This document shows positions 26,786 to 35,910 of a DNA stretch of 64,000 bases, piece by piece (the first letter of the stretch is position 1; each line of letters starts with the position of its first letter). Made by a program: the position numbers and the translations under genes. This DNA is from Eubacteriales bacterium (GTDB lineage Bacteria > Bacillota > Clostridia > Christensenellales > Aristaeellaceae): assembly GCA_034180455.1 (NCBI GenBank), contig JAXFOG010000033.1:5140-69139 (forward strand), given 5' to 3'. A model generated the notes under the pieces. That model did not search any database. It saw nothing but the letters and a program-made list of their open reading frames with translations, and was not told the DNA's origin.

Positions 26786-28015
26786 TTATCCGAATATGCT
26801 TAATAGTACACCTGCAGCAATAGCAGAACCAATAACTCCTGCTACATTTGGCCCCATAGCATGCATTAATAGGAAGTTACTTGGATTTGCTTTTTGGCCT
26901 TCCACTTGAGAAACTCTAGCAGCCATAGGTACAGCAGAAACTCCTGCTGAGCCAATAAGTGGGTTTATTTTACCACCTGAAATGATATTCATTAATTTAC
27001 CCAGAAGAACACCAAATGCTGTACCAATACCAAATGCAATAACACCTAAAACAATTATTTTTATTGTTTCAAGCCTTAAGAAAGTTTGTGCATCAGCTGT
27101 TGCACCAACAGTAAGGCCTAAAAATATTGTTATAATGTTCATTAGCTCATTTTGTGCAGTTTTACTTAGTCTATCAACAACCAAACATTCACGCATTAAA
27201 TTACCAAGCATAAGCATTCCAATGAGTGGAGTTGCAGAAGGCAAAAGCAATGAAACTAGGATCGTAACAACAACAGGAAAAACAATTTTTTCTTTCTTGC
27301 TAACTTCCCTTAATTGATCCATTACAATACTTCTTTCTTTTTCAGTAGTAAGAAGTCGCATAATAGGTGGTTGAATTACTGGCACAAGTGCCATATAGCT
27401 GTATGCAGCTACCGCAATAGGACCGAGAAGATGCGGAGCTAATTTCCCAGTAAGATAAATTGCAGTAGGACCATCGGCTCCACCAATAATTCCAATAGAT
27501 GATGCCTCGGGACCAGTAAAACCAAGAGCAATTGCGCCTACAAAAGTAGCAAATATACCTATTTGCGCAGCAGCACCTAAAAGTAAACTCTTTGGATTTG
27601 CAATGAGTGGACCAAAGTCAGTCATTGCGCCAACTCCCAAGAAAATCAGAGGAGGATAAACTCCTAATTTTACACCTTGATATAAATAATATAGCAATCC
27701 TCCAGTAGACTCTATATATTGATATAGAATGCTACCATCAGCCATTGTAACGGCAATACCTTCTTTACCGTTATGAATTGCCTCAGTTAAATAAATATAC
27801 TTTGGACCACCCATAATTTGACCAACAGATAAGTTGGTAAGAAGCATACCAAAAGCAATTGGTAATAGGAGTAAAGGCTCATATTTTTTTGCAATAGCCA
27901 AATAAATTAATATACAGGCAATTAATATCATTATTAAGGATCTTGGCTCATTAATCATGAGCATTATCCCGCTATCTCTTGCCAAACCATTAAAAGCGGA
28001 AATTACTTTATCCAT
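26786..28015 (-). CDS. Na+-translocating decarboxylase beta subunit (OadB/MmdB/GcdB family)
   Basis: 409 aa polytopic membrane protein. [19 protein letters not shown] and SAVPMAARV are typical of the OAD_beta family. Confidence 0.9.
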   Translation of the reverse strand: MDKVISAFNGLARDSGIMLMINEPRSLIMILIACILIYLAIAKKYEPLLLLPIAFGMLLTNLSVGQIMGGPKYIYLTEAIHNGKEGIAVTMADGSILYQYIESTGGLLYYLYQGVKLGVYPPLIFLGVGAMTDFGPLIANPKSLLLGAAAQIGIFATFVGAIALGFTGPEASSIGIIGGADGPTAIYLTGKLAPHLLGPIAVAAYSYMALVPVIQPPIMRLLTTEKERSIVMDQLREVSKKEKIVFPVVVTILVSLLLPSATPLIGMLMLGNLMRECLVVDRLSKTAQNELMNIITIFLGLTVGATADAQTFLRLETIKIIVLGVIAFGIGTAFGVLLGKLMNIISGGKINPLIGSAGVSAVPMAARVSQVEGQKANPSNFLLMHAMGPNVAGVIGSAIAAGVLLSIFG

Positions 28016-28034
28016 CTTTTCCTCGCATTCTTAT

Positions 28035-28421
28035 TTACTCTAGTACGACTAGAACATCTCCAGTATTTACTGATGCACCCTTAGAAACTACTATTTGAGC
28101 TACTTTAGCATCTTTTGGAGATACTATTTCATTTTCCATCTTCATAGCTTCTAAAACTACCAGAACCTGACCACTTTTTACTGTCTGACCTTCAGAAACC
28201 AAGACATTTACAATATTACCAGGCATAGGTGCATTAACTGTATCACCTTTCTTTAATTCTTGATTTTTTTCTACTGGTTTTGTTTGTGATGATACGGTTT
28301 TATTATTATTCACAACTTGTGGAGCAAAAGATTTTACTTCGGATGATGAATCTTCTGCACCCAGTTCTTCTACAGTTACATCATAAGATGTTCCGTTAAC
28401 ATTAACTTGAAATCTACGCAT
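28035..28421 (-). CDS. Biotin carboxyl carrier subunit (MmdC/GcdC-like)
   Basis: 128 aa from ATG 28421 (GGAGG 5 nt upstream). C-terminal biotinyl domain with the EAMKMENEI biotinylation motif. Confidence 0.9.
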   Translation of the reverse strand: MRRFQVNVNGTSYDVTVEELGAEDSSSEVKSFAPQVVNNNKTVSSQTKPVEKNQELKKGDTVNAPMPGNIVNVLVSEGQTVKSGQVLVVLEAMKMENEIVSPKDAKVAQIVVSKGASVNTGDVLVVLE

Positions 28422-28435
28422 ATTTTCCTCCAAAA

Positions 28436-28735
28436 TTACTTGCTTATTCTTTTAATGTGTCTTACGACAAAGGCATTTTTATTTGTTTCGTTTAAAAATA
28501 CTGATATTGCTGATGTGATTGCTGCAATAATCTCCTCATCAACGGTTTCTTCCGACTCTTCAATTGAACCAGATGATATCTCCGTATCGGTGGTAATAGA
28601 ATCATCATTTTGATTTTCTTTCTTTTTTGTGAAAAAAGAAGAAGTTAGTTGAATACAAAATATCAAAATGGTTAATCCTAGGAAAACTACAAGTATTCCA
28701 ACAACCACAACGCTTAAGCTTTCTAAGATACTCAT
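28436..28735 (-). CDS. OadG/MmdD-family small membrane anchor subunit
   Basis: 99 aa. Single N-terminal TM helix ([18 protein letters not shown]), an acidic linker, and a C-terminal [15 protein letters not shown]...VVRHIKRI as in OadG-family proteins. Confidence 0.75.
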   Translation of the reverse strand: MSILESLSVVVVGILVVFLGLTILIFCIQLTSSFFTKKKENQNDDSITTDTEISSGSIEESEETVDEEIIAAITSAISVFLNETNKNAFVVRHIKRISK

Positions 28736-28747
28736 TTTTAACTCCTT

Positions 28748-30223
28748 TTATTTAGGAAGGTTACCATGTTTTTTTGAATATTCTAAAGAGTTTTTTGAAA
28801 ATAACATTTCTAAAGCATAAACAATATGCATTCTAATATATTTTGGATCTACTATGTCATCTACTAGTCCGTTTTTAGCAGCGACGATTGATGATGCACA
28901 TTTTTCTATATACTCTTGAGCTAATTCTTCTTTAGATTTTGATATTTCCGAATTACTTTCTTTTATTTTATCCTGCCATAACAACTGAATTGCAACTTCG
29001 GGTGATAATGCAGAAATTACGGCTTCAGGTAAAGCGTAAACAATGTCATTAAATTTTTTACTAACTAAAGAAGCAAATACTTGCCCAATGGCATTTCCCA
29101 TAACTATGGATATCTTTGGAACAGTTGCACTTGCATAGCTATAAACCAAATTTGCTTGTGACTTAATAATTTCTTGCTGCGATTTAGTACAACCAATTGA
29201 TAATCCTTTAGAATTCACAAAACTTATAATAGGGATATTAAAACTATCAGCTATGCTAATCATCCTAGATGCTTTTTCTAATGCTTTAGGAGTTAAAACT
29301 CCGTTTGAATCATCATTATCAGAAATAATTAACATTACTGAGTGGCCACCAATTCTTGCTAAAGCTGTGCAAAGTGACTTGTCTATATGCTCGTAGAACT
29401 TAATATAAGAATTATTATCGCTAATTGAATCTAGTATTTCTTGAGCAGAACTACCATCATTTAATGAGGTTAATTGATTCAAATCCGTTCCAGCTATGTA
29501 TTCTGGAATATCTGAGTTGCTGTCTGGCAAAAATGAAAGTATAAATTTAGCAACGCTGAATGCGTTTTCTTCAGAGTCACACACAACTGATGCAAACAAT
29601 TTATTATTTTCATTAATGGATTTTTTTACATCTTCAATTTTAGTGTCTGGACCCTCTGCGGCACATATTACTTGTGGACCAAACATTGAAATTTGAGATT
29701 TATTATCAATTGCAATAACAAAGTCGCAAAGCTGTGATAAAATGGCATTGCCTCCATAACAATTTCCATTTACAACACATATTATTGGGCAAATACCACT
29801 AGCATTAGAAAGCGCAGCATACATTTCAGAGTACGCATCCATGGCGAATACGCCATTTTCCAAATCAACCCCAGCACTATCAAGAGATAGAATAATTGGA
29901 ACTCCAGTTTCCATAGCAGATTTAACAACGCTTGAAAACTTTTTTGCTTGAAGATTTGACACAGCTCCGTTGTTTAATTTAGAATTCTGCATAATCAGAT
30001 AAGCAGGTCTATTGTTGACTGTACCAAAACCTGCTGTAAGTCCTGAAGTTTTATTATCTTCGGATAGCATTGAATACATCTCAACAAAACTGTTGCTATC
30101 AAGTATTAAGGGAATTCTATCTAGAACGTTTTCATTCGTTTCCGAACTGGATTCTTCAGATGCTTTTCCTAGCAGTTTTTGCTTTTCCTGAAGAACTCTT
30201 TTTAAGTCTACATTACTTTTCAT
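28748..30223 (-). CDS. 12S-type acyl-CoA carboxyltransferase (methylmalonyl-/glutaconyl-CoA decarboxylase alpha-like), divergent
   Basis: 491 aa from ATG 30223 (AAAGGAGAA SD). Two crotonase-like carboxyl_trans halves are recognisable (FVEM...GFGTVNNRPAYLIMQN...PIILSLDSAGVDLENG...VVNGNCYGG; second half PIISFVNSKG...VMGNAIGQVF). Substrate cannot be assigned from sequence. Confidence 0.75.
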   Translation of the reverse strand: MKSNVDLKRVLQEKQKLLGKASEESSSETNENVLDRIPLILDSNSFVEMYSMLSEDNKTSGLTAGFGTVNNRPAYLIMQNSKLNNGAVSNLQAKKFSSVVKSAMETGVPIILSLDSAGVDLENGVFAMDAYSEMYAALSNASGICPIICVVNGNCYGGNAILSQLCDFVIAIDNKSQISMFGPQVICAAEGPDTKIEDVKKSINENNKLFASVVCDSEENAFSVAKFILSFLPDSNSDIPEYIAGTDLNQLTSLNDGSSAQEILDSISDNNSYIKFYEHIDKSLCTALARIGGHSVMLIISDNDDSNGVLTPKALEKASRMISIADSFNIPIISFVNSKGLSIGCTKSQQEIIKSQANLVYSYASATVPKISIVMGNAIGQVFASLVSKKFNDIVYALPEAVISALSPEVAIQLLWQDKIKESNSEISKSKEELAQEYIEKCASSIVAAKNGLVDDIVDPKYIRMHIVYALEMLFSKNSLEYSKKHGNLPK

Positions 30224-30278
30224 TAAATTCTCCTTTTGATTATTTATAAATACAAAAATTGTTTTATAGTACATGTAT

Positions 30279-30307
30279 ATTAAATCACAATTTTAATAAA
30301 ATCTCAA
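30279..30307 (-). promoter_or_regulatory. Candidate sigma-A promoter for the decarboxylase operon
   Basis: On the minus strand TTGAGA, 17 nt, TGaTTTAAT (plus-strand coordinates: -35 at 30302-30307, -10 at 30279-30284). Confidence 0.4.
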
Positions 30308-30410
30308 TTTTTTTTGGCACTATATTCTATCTTATACTGTATAATAATAAATATAAAAGTTTATATTGAATTTTTATACACAATATGTTAATATTATTTA
30401 GGGTGTATTA

Positions 30411-31253
30411 ATGAGCACAAATATTTATCTTTATGCTTTTAGTAATAAAAGCAAAATTACTGAAGAAATAATTTTTATTTATAAGAACCTTTTTAATGAA
30501 GGTTTTAAAATAAGCGCTTCATTGTGGATATGTGAGCTTTTAAAAGAAGAATTATCAGTTGATATTTCTTCAAAGCTTTCTTCTGATGATATTATTATTT
30601 CAATTGGTGGAGACGGAACTCTTCTTAGAGCTTCAAAGTTAGCCTGTGGTCATGGTAACGCTCTGCTTGGAATAAATTCTGGTAAATTAGGATTTCTTAC
30701 TGAATTTGATTTAAAAAACATTAGATCCTATACTAGTTTAATAAAAAATAAAAATTATTCTATCGAACATAGAAAACTAATAAAAGTTCAGTATAAAAAT
30801 GCTTGTGAGTATGCTTTAAATGATGTTGTAATATATAGAGGCGGTTTTTCTAAGTTAATTAATATTTCCGTACATAATTCTGATGGACTTATAACAAGCT
30901 GTGTATCGGATGGTATTATAATTTCGACGCCAACAGGGTCAACTGCATACTCATTATCTGCTGGAGGTCCTATAGTTAGTCCTGATGTTAATTGTCTTAT
31001 TATTACTCCAATTTGTGCTCATTCTCTTATGCATAGATCAATCTGTGTATCTAATGAACAAGACTTAACTATCAGCATAAGTAGTGTTGTTTCAAAGAAT
31101 TGTCAGTTAATAATAGATGGAAGTATTAAAGAGAGTATTGCATCTGGAGATAATGTAACAGTATCAAATACTAATAAATATTTGAAATTAATAAGATTTA
31201 AAAATAATAATTTTTTTGATAAAGTTAAAAATAAGTTATCAGAATGGAAGTAA
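30411..31253 (+). CDS. nadK: NAD kinase
   Basis: 280 aa. GGDGTLLRA, NDVVI and TPTGSTAYSLSAGGPIV motifs. Confidence 0.9.
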   Translation: MSTNIYLYAFSNKSKITEEIIFIYKNLFNEGFKISASLWICELLKEELSVDISSKLSSDDIIISIGGDGTLLRASKLACGHGNALLGINSGKLGFLTEFDLKNIRSYTSLIKNKNYSIEHRKLIKVQYKNACEYALNDVVIYRGGFSKLINISVHNSDGLITSCVSDGIIISTPTGSTAYSLSAGGPIVSPDVNCLIITPICAHSLMHRSICVSNEQDLTISISSVVSKNCQLIIDGSIKESIASGDNVTVSNTNKYLKLIRFKNNNFFDKVKNKLSEWK

Positions 31254-31255
31254 TT

Positions 31256-31708
31256 ATGAGAAACAACAGACAAACATTGATTTTAAACTTAATTAAAGAA
31301 AAAGATATTGAAACACAAGATGAACTTGCTGAGGAACTAAGAAAGCTTAATGTTAATGTTACCCAAGCTACTATTTCAAGAGATATTAAAAGTCTTAGAC
31401 TTATTAAGTCTATGACGAAAAACGGTAAATATAAATATGCAACTAGTGAAAACGATAATTATGCCCTTTCAGATAAATTGATTAGAATATTTGCTGAATC
31501 AGTATTATCAATTGACTCATCCAATAATATTATTGTTTTAAAAACAATATTTGGAAGTGCTAAGGTTGCAAGCGAAGCAGTAGATAGCATGCATTGGCCA
31601 GAAATACTAGGTACTGTTGCTGGTGACAACACAATAGTATTAGTAATCAGAAATGAAGAAGAAGTTCCACAAGTAATTGAAAAGTTAAATCATCTTAAGC
31701 AACAATAG
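31256..31708 (+). CDS. argR: Arginine repressor
   Basis: 150 aa. Winged-helix N-terminus (RQTLILNLIKEKDIETQDELAEELRKLNVNVTQATISRDIKSL) and C-terminal GTVAGDNTILV. Conserved nadK-argR-recN synteny. Confidence 0.9.
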   Translation: MRNNRQTLILNLIKEKDIETQDELAEELRKLNVNVTQATISRDIKSLRLIKSMTKNGKYKYATSENDNYALSDKLIRIFAESVLSIDSSNNIIVLKTIFGSAKVASEAVDSMHWPEILGTVAGDNTIVLVIRNEEEVPQVIEKLNHLKQQ

Positions 31709-31772
31709 CCTTGCAAATACACAAGCAAATACTTATAATAATCTTGTATAATGTATTTGGAGTAACATCGTA

Positions 31773-33476
31773 ATGCTTCTTTCTCTTAAGATTAAAAATA
31801 TAGCTCTTATTGATAAAATGCAAATAGATTTTGGTAATGGTTTTCATGTGTTAACTGGTGAAACGGGAGCTGGAAAATCAATTATTGTTGATGCATTAAA
31901 TTTAATTGTTGGTGGAAGAGCAGACAAGTCTCTGATTAGATCGTCTTGTGACTTTGCACTTGTGGAAGCCACAGTGTCTATCAATAACTTACCAGAAGTA
32001 AAGGCAATTCTTGATAGAGAGATGATTTCTTATGAAGGAAACATCATTAATGTTTATAGAAAAATAAGCACGAGTGGTAGAAATCTTTGCAGAATATGTG
32101 GGGAACCTGTTCCTTTGCACATACTCAAAGAGCTCATGGATAATGTCATCGATATTCTTGGACAACATTCTAGTATTGTTTTGCTTGAAGAAGGAAGACA
32201 ACTCAAGGTGATTGATAATTTTGGAGGCAGTGATCATTTTGTTAAGCTACAGGATGTTAATCAAAAATATTCTGAATGGTATGAGGCAAGTGTAAAACTA
32301 AAAAAACTTATAAATATTAGTAAAGAAAAAGAACTACTTTATGATAAGGTTTATAAGGAATTAGAGGAGCTTGATAATGCAAAGATAAGAGATGGCGAAG
32401 AAGATGAATTATATAATAGACGATTATCTTTGCAGGATTCTTTAAAGATAAGAAATGCTTTAAAAACATCATATTATAATTTATATGGCTTTGCAGATAG
32501 TGATTCAGTTTTACAAAAATTGAAAGATTGCGTTGATGAGTTTCAAAACATAAAAGATTTAAATAAGAATTATGAGCGTATCTATAATAGTTTGAATTCA
32601 TCCTATTATGAGATTGAAAACAATTTGTTTGAAATTAGAGATTATCGAGATAATCTTAACTTTGATGAAACCGAAGAAGTTGAAATTTCTGAAAGAATAG
32701 AACTTATAAAAAGACTAAAGAGAAAATATGGTTCTAGCTACGAGGAAATACATAAAAAACATAAAGACTTACAAGCCAAAATGGATAAATATACTTCTCT
32801 TGATGAGAATATAAGCGTTGCTGAAAAAAATTATAAAGAGAGTCTTAATTCTTATAGAGAAGCTTCTCAAGAATTATCATTATCAAGAAAAGCAATTGCT
32901 ATAAAATTTGGAAAGAAGATATGTGATCAACTTCATAGTTTAGGTATGGCTGATGCAATATTTAAAATTGAAGTTTTAGAGGACAAGAAACTAAAGCCAC
33001 AAAGCAACGGTAACGATACTGTTATTTTTACATTTTCATCAAATAAAGGAGAGCCGTTAAAACCCATTGCTGATGCTGCTTCAGGAGGAGAACTTTCTAG
33101 AATAATGTTGGCTATAAAAACAATTGAAGCAGATAAGAATAAAATTCCTTGCCTGATTTTTGATGAAGTAGATACTGGCATTAGTGGTAGAGCAGCTCAA
33201 ATTGTTGCTGAAAAAATTGCTTATATTTCTAAGTTTAGGCAAGTGTTTGCAGTAAGTCATTTGGCACAAATTGCCTGTATGGCAGATTTACATTTTTTTG
33301 TGAGTAAATCTGATAAAGATACTAGAACTGTTACCAACATAGAATTACTAAACAATATCAATAGACGAAATGAGATAGCTAGGTTGTTAGGATTAGTAAA
33401 AAATAATGAGAATACCGCACTGGAACATGCAGATAATATGTTGTCTGCTGCTTCAGATTTTAAAAATGCATTGTAG
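31773..33476 (+). CDS. recN: DNA repair protein RecN
   Basis: 567 aa. Walker A GETGAGKSII, long coiled-coil, signature ASGGELSRIMLA, Walker B LIFDEVDTG. Confidence 0.95.
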   Translation: MLLSLKIKNIALIDKMQIDFGNGFHVLTGETGAGKSIIVDALNLIVGGRADKSLIRSSCDFALVEATVSINNLPEVKAILDREMISYEGNIINVYRKISTSGRNLCRICGEPVPLHILKELMDNVIDILGQHSSIVLLEEGRQLKVIDNFGGSDHFVKLQDVNQKYSEWYEASVKLKKLINISKEKELLYDKVYKELEELDNAKIRDGEEDELYNRRLSLQDSLKIRNALKTSYYNLYGFADSDSVLQKLKDCVDEFQNIKDLNKNYERIYNSLNSSYYEIENNLFEIRDYRDNLNFDETEEVEISERIELIKRLKRKYGSSYEEIHKKHKDLQAKMDKYTSLDENISVAEKNYKESLNSYREASQELSLSRKAIAIKFGKKICDQLHSLGMADAIFKIEVLEDKKLKPQSNGNDTVIFTFSSNKGEPLKPIADAASGGELSRIMLAIKTIEADKNKIPCLIFDEVDTGISGRAAQIVAEKIAYISKFRQVFAVSHLAQIACMADLHFFVSKSDKDTRTVTNIELLNNINRRNEIARLLGLVKNNENTALEHADNMLSAASDFKNAL

Positions 33477-33484
33477 GAGCAATA

Positions 33485-34342
33485 ATGGGAAATTTACAGA
33501 CAATTTTTGAAAATGCTATATGGAATATATTTAATACATTGTCTATTATTGATTTCATTGACATTTTACTTGTTGCATTTATTATATATAACATTATTCT
33601 TATTATTAAAGAATCGCGTGCTGTGACCCTATTAGCTGGCATATCTTTTATCGTTGTCTTTACTTTTTTGAGTAATTTGTTTGGTCTTAAATCATTAAAC
33701 TGGATGCTTCGTGGTGTTCTGAATAATGGTGTATTAGTAATGGTCATTTTATTTAGTTCAGAAATAAGAAAAGTAATTGAGCAACTTGGCCTTGTAGCTT
33801 TCAAAGATAGTGCAAGACTACAAAAAGATGATTCTGATAGTTATATTGTCGATAGTATAGTAGATTGCTGTATCAATTTATCTAAGCGAAGGGTTGGAGC
33901 TCTTATTGTATTTGAACAAAAAATGACAATGAATGATGTTGCAAAAACTGGAACATACCTTAATGCAGAAATATCATCAGGACTAATTGAAAATATTTTT
34001 GAACCTAATACTCCATTACACGATGGTGCTGTTATTATTCGTGGAGATAAAATACTTGCTGCTTCTTGTATTTTAACTCTAACCCAAAGTGACAAGATTA
34101 ATAAAGAACTTGGGACAAGACATAGAGCAGCAATTGGAATATCTGAGCAAAGTGATGCAATAGCTTTAATTGTTTCAGAAGAAACTGGAGTAATTTCAAT
34201 TGCTGAAAAAGGAAAACTTGAACGTCATCTAGATAGAGAACTATTACAGACAAAATTAAGAGATCTATATTCTTATAAAGAAGTAAATACATTAAAAAAA
34301 CTATTTAGCAGAAATTCCACAAGGAAAAATAAAGATGAGTAA
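33485..34342 (+). CDS. cdaA: Diadenylate cyclase CdaA
   Basis: 285 aa. Three N-terminal TM helices and a DAC domain with TPLHDGAVII and GTRHRAAIGISEQSDAIALIVSEETG. Confidence 0.95.
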   Translation: MGNLQTIFENAIWNIFNTLSIIDFIDILLVAFIIYNIILIIKESRAVTLLAGISFIVVFTFLSNLFGLKSLNWMLRGVLNNGVLVMVILFSSEIRKVIEQLGLVAFKDSARLQKDDSDSYIVDSIVDCCINLSKRRVGALIVFEQKMTMNDVAKTGTYLNAEISSGLIENIFEPNTPLHDGAVIIRGDKILAASCILTLTQSDKINKELGTRHRAAIGISEQSDAIALIVSEETGVISIAEKGKLERHLDRELLQTKLRDLYSYKEVNTLKKLFSRNSTRKNKDE

Positions 34343-35669
34343 TTTAGAAGAAACAAGTAAAAAGAATAATTTCCAAATTTTTTTAAAAGTAATTAAATCT
34401 GTTTTAGTAAAGAACTTTGGCTATAAAATATTATCTTTTATTATTGCACTTGTTGTTTGGGCAGGATTAGTTTCCCAAGCTCCAAACATTATCAGAGAGA
34501 AGAAATTTGACAATGTATATTTGACAGTTACAGGTTCAGATACATTGAGACGAAATGGGTTAATTGTTACAACTGATTTAAATAAAAAGCCATTAATTGC
34601 TAGTTTTTCTGCAAACGTTCCTCAAATGCAATATCAAAATGCAAAATACTCACATTACTTGCCAAAAATAGATTTATCTGGAATAAAAGAACCTGGAACT
34701 GTTAAAATTCCTGTAACTACAAGCTCGAGTTTGACTTATGGTGAAGTTACTAACATTACTCCTTCTTCAGTAGAATTAAATGTAGATACATATTTAACAC
34801 AGTATCGAATTCCTGTTCAATATGAAAAAAAGGGAGAATTTAATGACGGCTTTTACTGTACAGATCCGTATTTAGATCCAATGACTATTCGCGTTAGTGG
34901 GCCTGCCAATTCTGTTAAAAATGTTGCTAAAGCAATAGTTGTTGTTGATGTTGCTAAATATCCGAAAAAAGAGGGGGTCATTAAGACGTCTTCTCATTTC
35001 AAATTGGTAGATCAATCTGGAAATGAAATAAAAGATAAACTTATTGAGGTAACAAGTGACTCAATAAGCATAAAAAATATTCTTGTAACGCAACATCAAT
35101 ATAAAATGAAAACATATAATGTTGCTGCAAACAGTTTAATTCATGGTGAAGTACAAGAAGGCTATTATATTAAAAGTATTAAGATGAATCCTTCAATAAT
35201 ATTTTTAGCAGGAAATTCTGAACTACTTGATAATATGGAAAATCTCTATGCGGACGAGAATATCGATGTAAGTAATAGGCGAAATAGTTTAATAAAAAAT
35301 ATTAAGCTAAATATTCCAAATGAAGTTGTATATGCTAGTGCACGCTCTGTAATGGTGGATATTGATATTGAACCAGTAATAAAAGAAAAAATCTATAAAA
35401 ATATACCTATTAATTTAATTGGCAAAAAAGACAATTTATCCTATAACTTAGAGTCTAAAACAATAGATGTTACAATTAATGAACAAATAAACATTTTAAA
35501 CAGTATAAAAGAATCAAATATTACAGCGTATAACGATGTTTCAAATTTGAAAGTTGGGATTTATTATATAGAACCAAAAATAGAATTAAGTAATAGTATG
35601 GTTTTATCAAATAATTTTAAAAACGATTATGTTCCCAATAAAATTAAACTAGTGATTGAGGAAAAGTAA
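34335..35669 (+). CDS. cdaR: CdaA regulatory protein CdaR (YbbR-domain repeats)
   Basis: 444 aa. N-terminal TM helix, repeated YbbR-like modules, 8-nt overlap with cdaA. Confidence 0.8.
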   Translation: MSNLEETSKKNNFQIFLKVIKSVLVKNFGYKILSFIIALVVWAGLVSQAPNIIREKKFDNVYLTVTGSDTLRRNGLIVTTDLNKKPLIASFSANVPQMQYQNAKYSHYLPKIDLSGIKEPGTVKIPVTTSSSLTYGEVTNITPSSVELNVDTYLTQYRIPVQYEKKGEFNDGFYCTDPYLDPMTIRVSGPANSVKNVAKAIVVVDVAKYPKKEGVIKTSSHFKLVDQSGNEIKDKLIEVTSDSISIKNILVTQHQYKMKTYNVAANSLIHGEVQEGYYIKSIKMNPSIIFLAGNSELLDNMENLYADENIDVSNRRNSLIKNIKLNIPNEVVYASARSVMVDIDIEPVIKEKIYKNIPINLIGKKDNLSYNLESKTIDVTINEQINILNSIKESNITAYNDVSNLKVGIYYIEPKIELSNSMVLSNNFKNDYVPNKIKLVIEEK

Positions 35670-35670
35670 T

Positions 35671-35910
35671 ATGAGTGGTTTTTCTAAAGTATTTTTATCT
35701 TTATTTTTGGTTTGGATTAAAAAGGCACTTAATGCAATATGGGATTTTTTTAGTAATTCTGATTCCTTCTCCTTTTTTAACTTTATTGTTTTGCATTGGA
35801 AAATCATGGCTTTTATTCTGATTATTATAGGAGTTGTTGTCGACTGGTTGCTTTATATTGCAAGATGGCGACCATATTATGTCTGGTTTGGAAAAAAGAA
35901 TAAAAAGTGA
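35671..35910 (+). CDS. Small membrane protein (79 aa, two predicted TM helices)
   Basis: ATG 35671 lies 1 nt after the cdaR stop, with a GAGGAAAAG SD. Hydrophobic FSKVFLSLFLVWI and IMAFILIIIGVVVDWLLYI, basic C-terminus. Its stop overlaps the next gene start (GTGA). Confidence 0.5.
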   Translation: MSGFSKVFLSLFLVWIKKALNAIWDFFSNSDSFSFFNFIVLHWKIMAFILIIIGVVVDWLLYIARWRPYYVWFGKKNKK

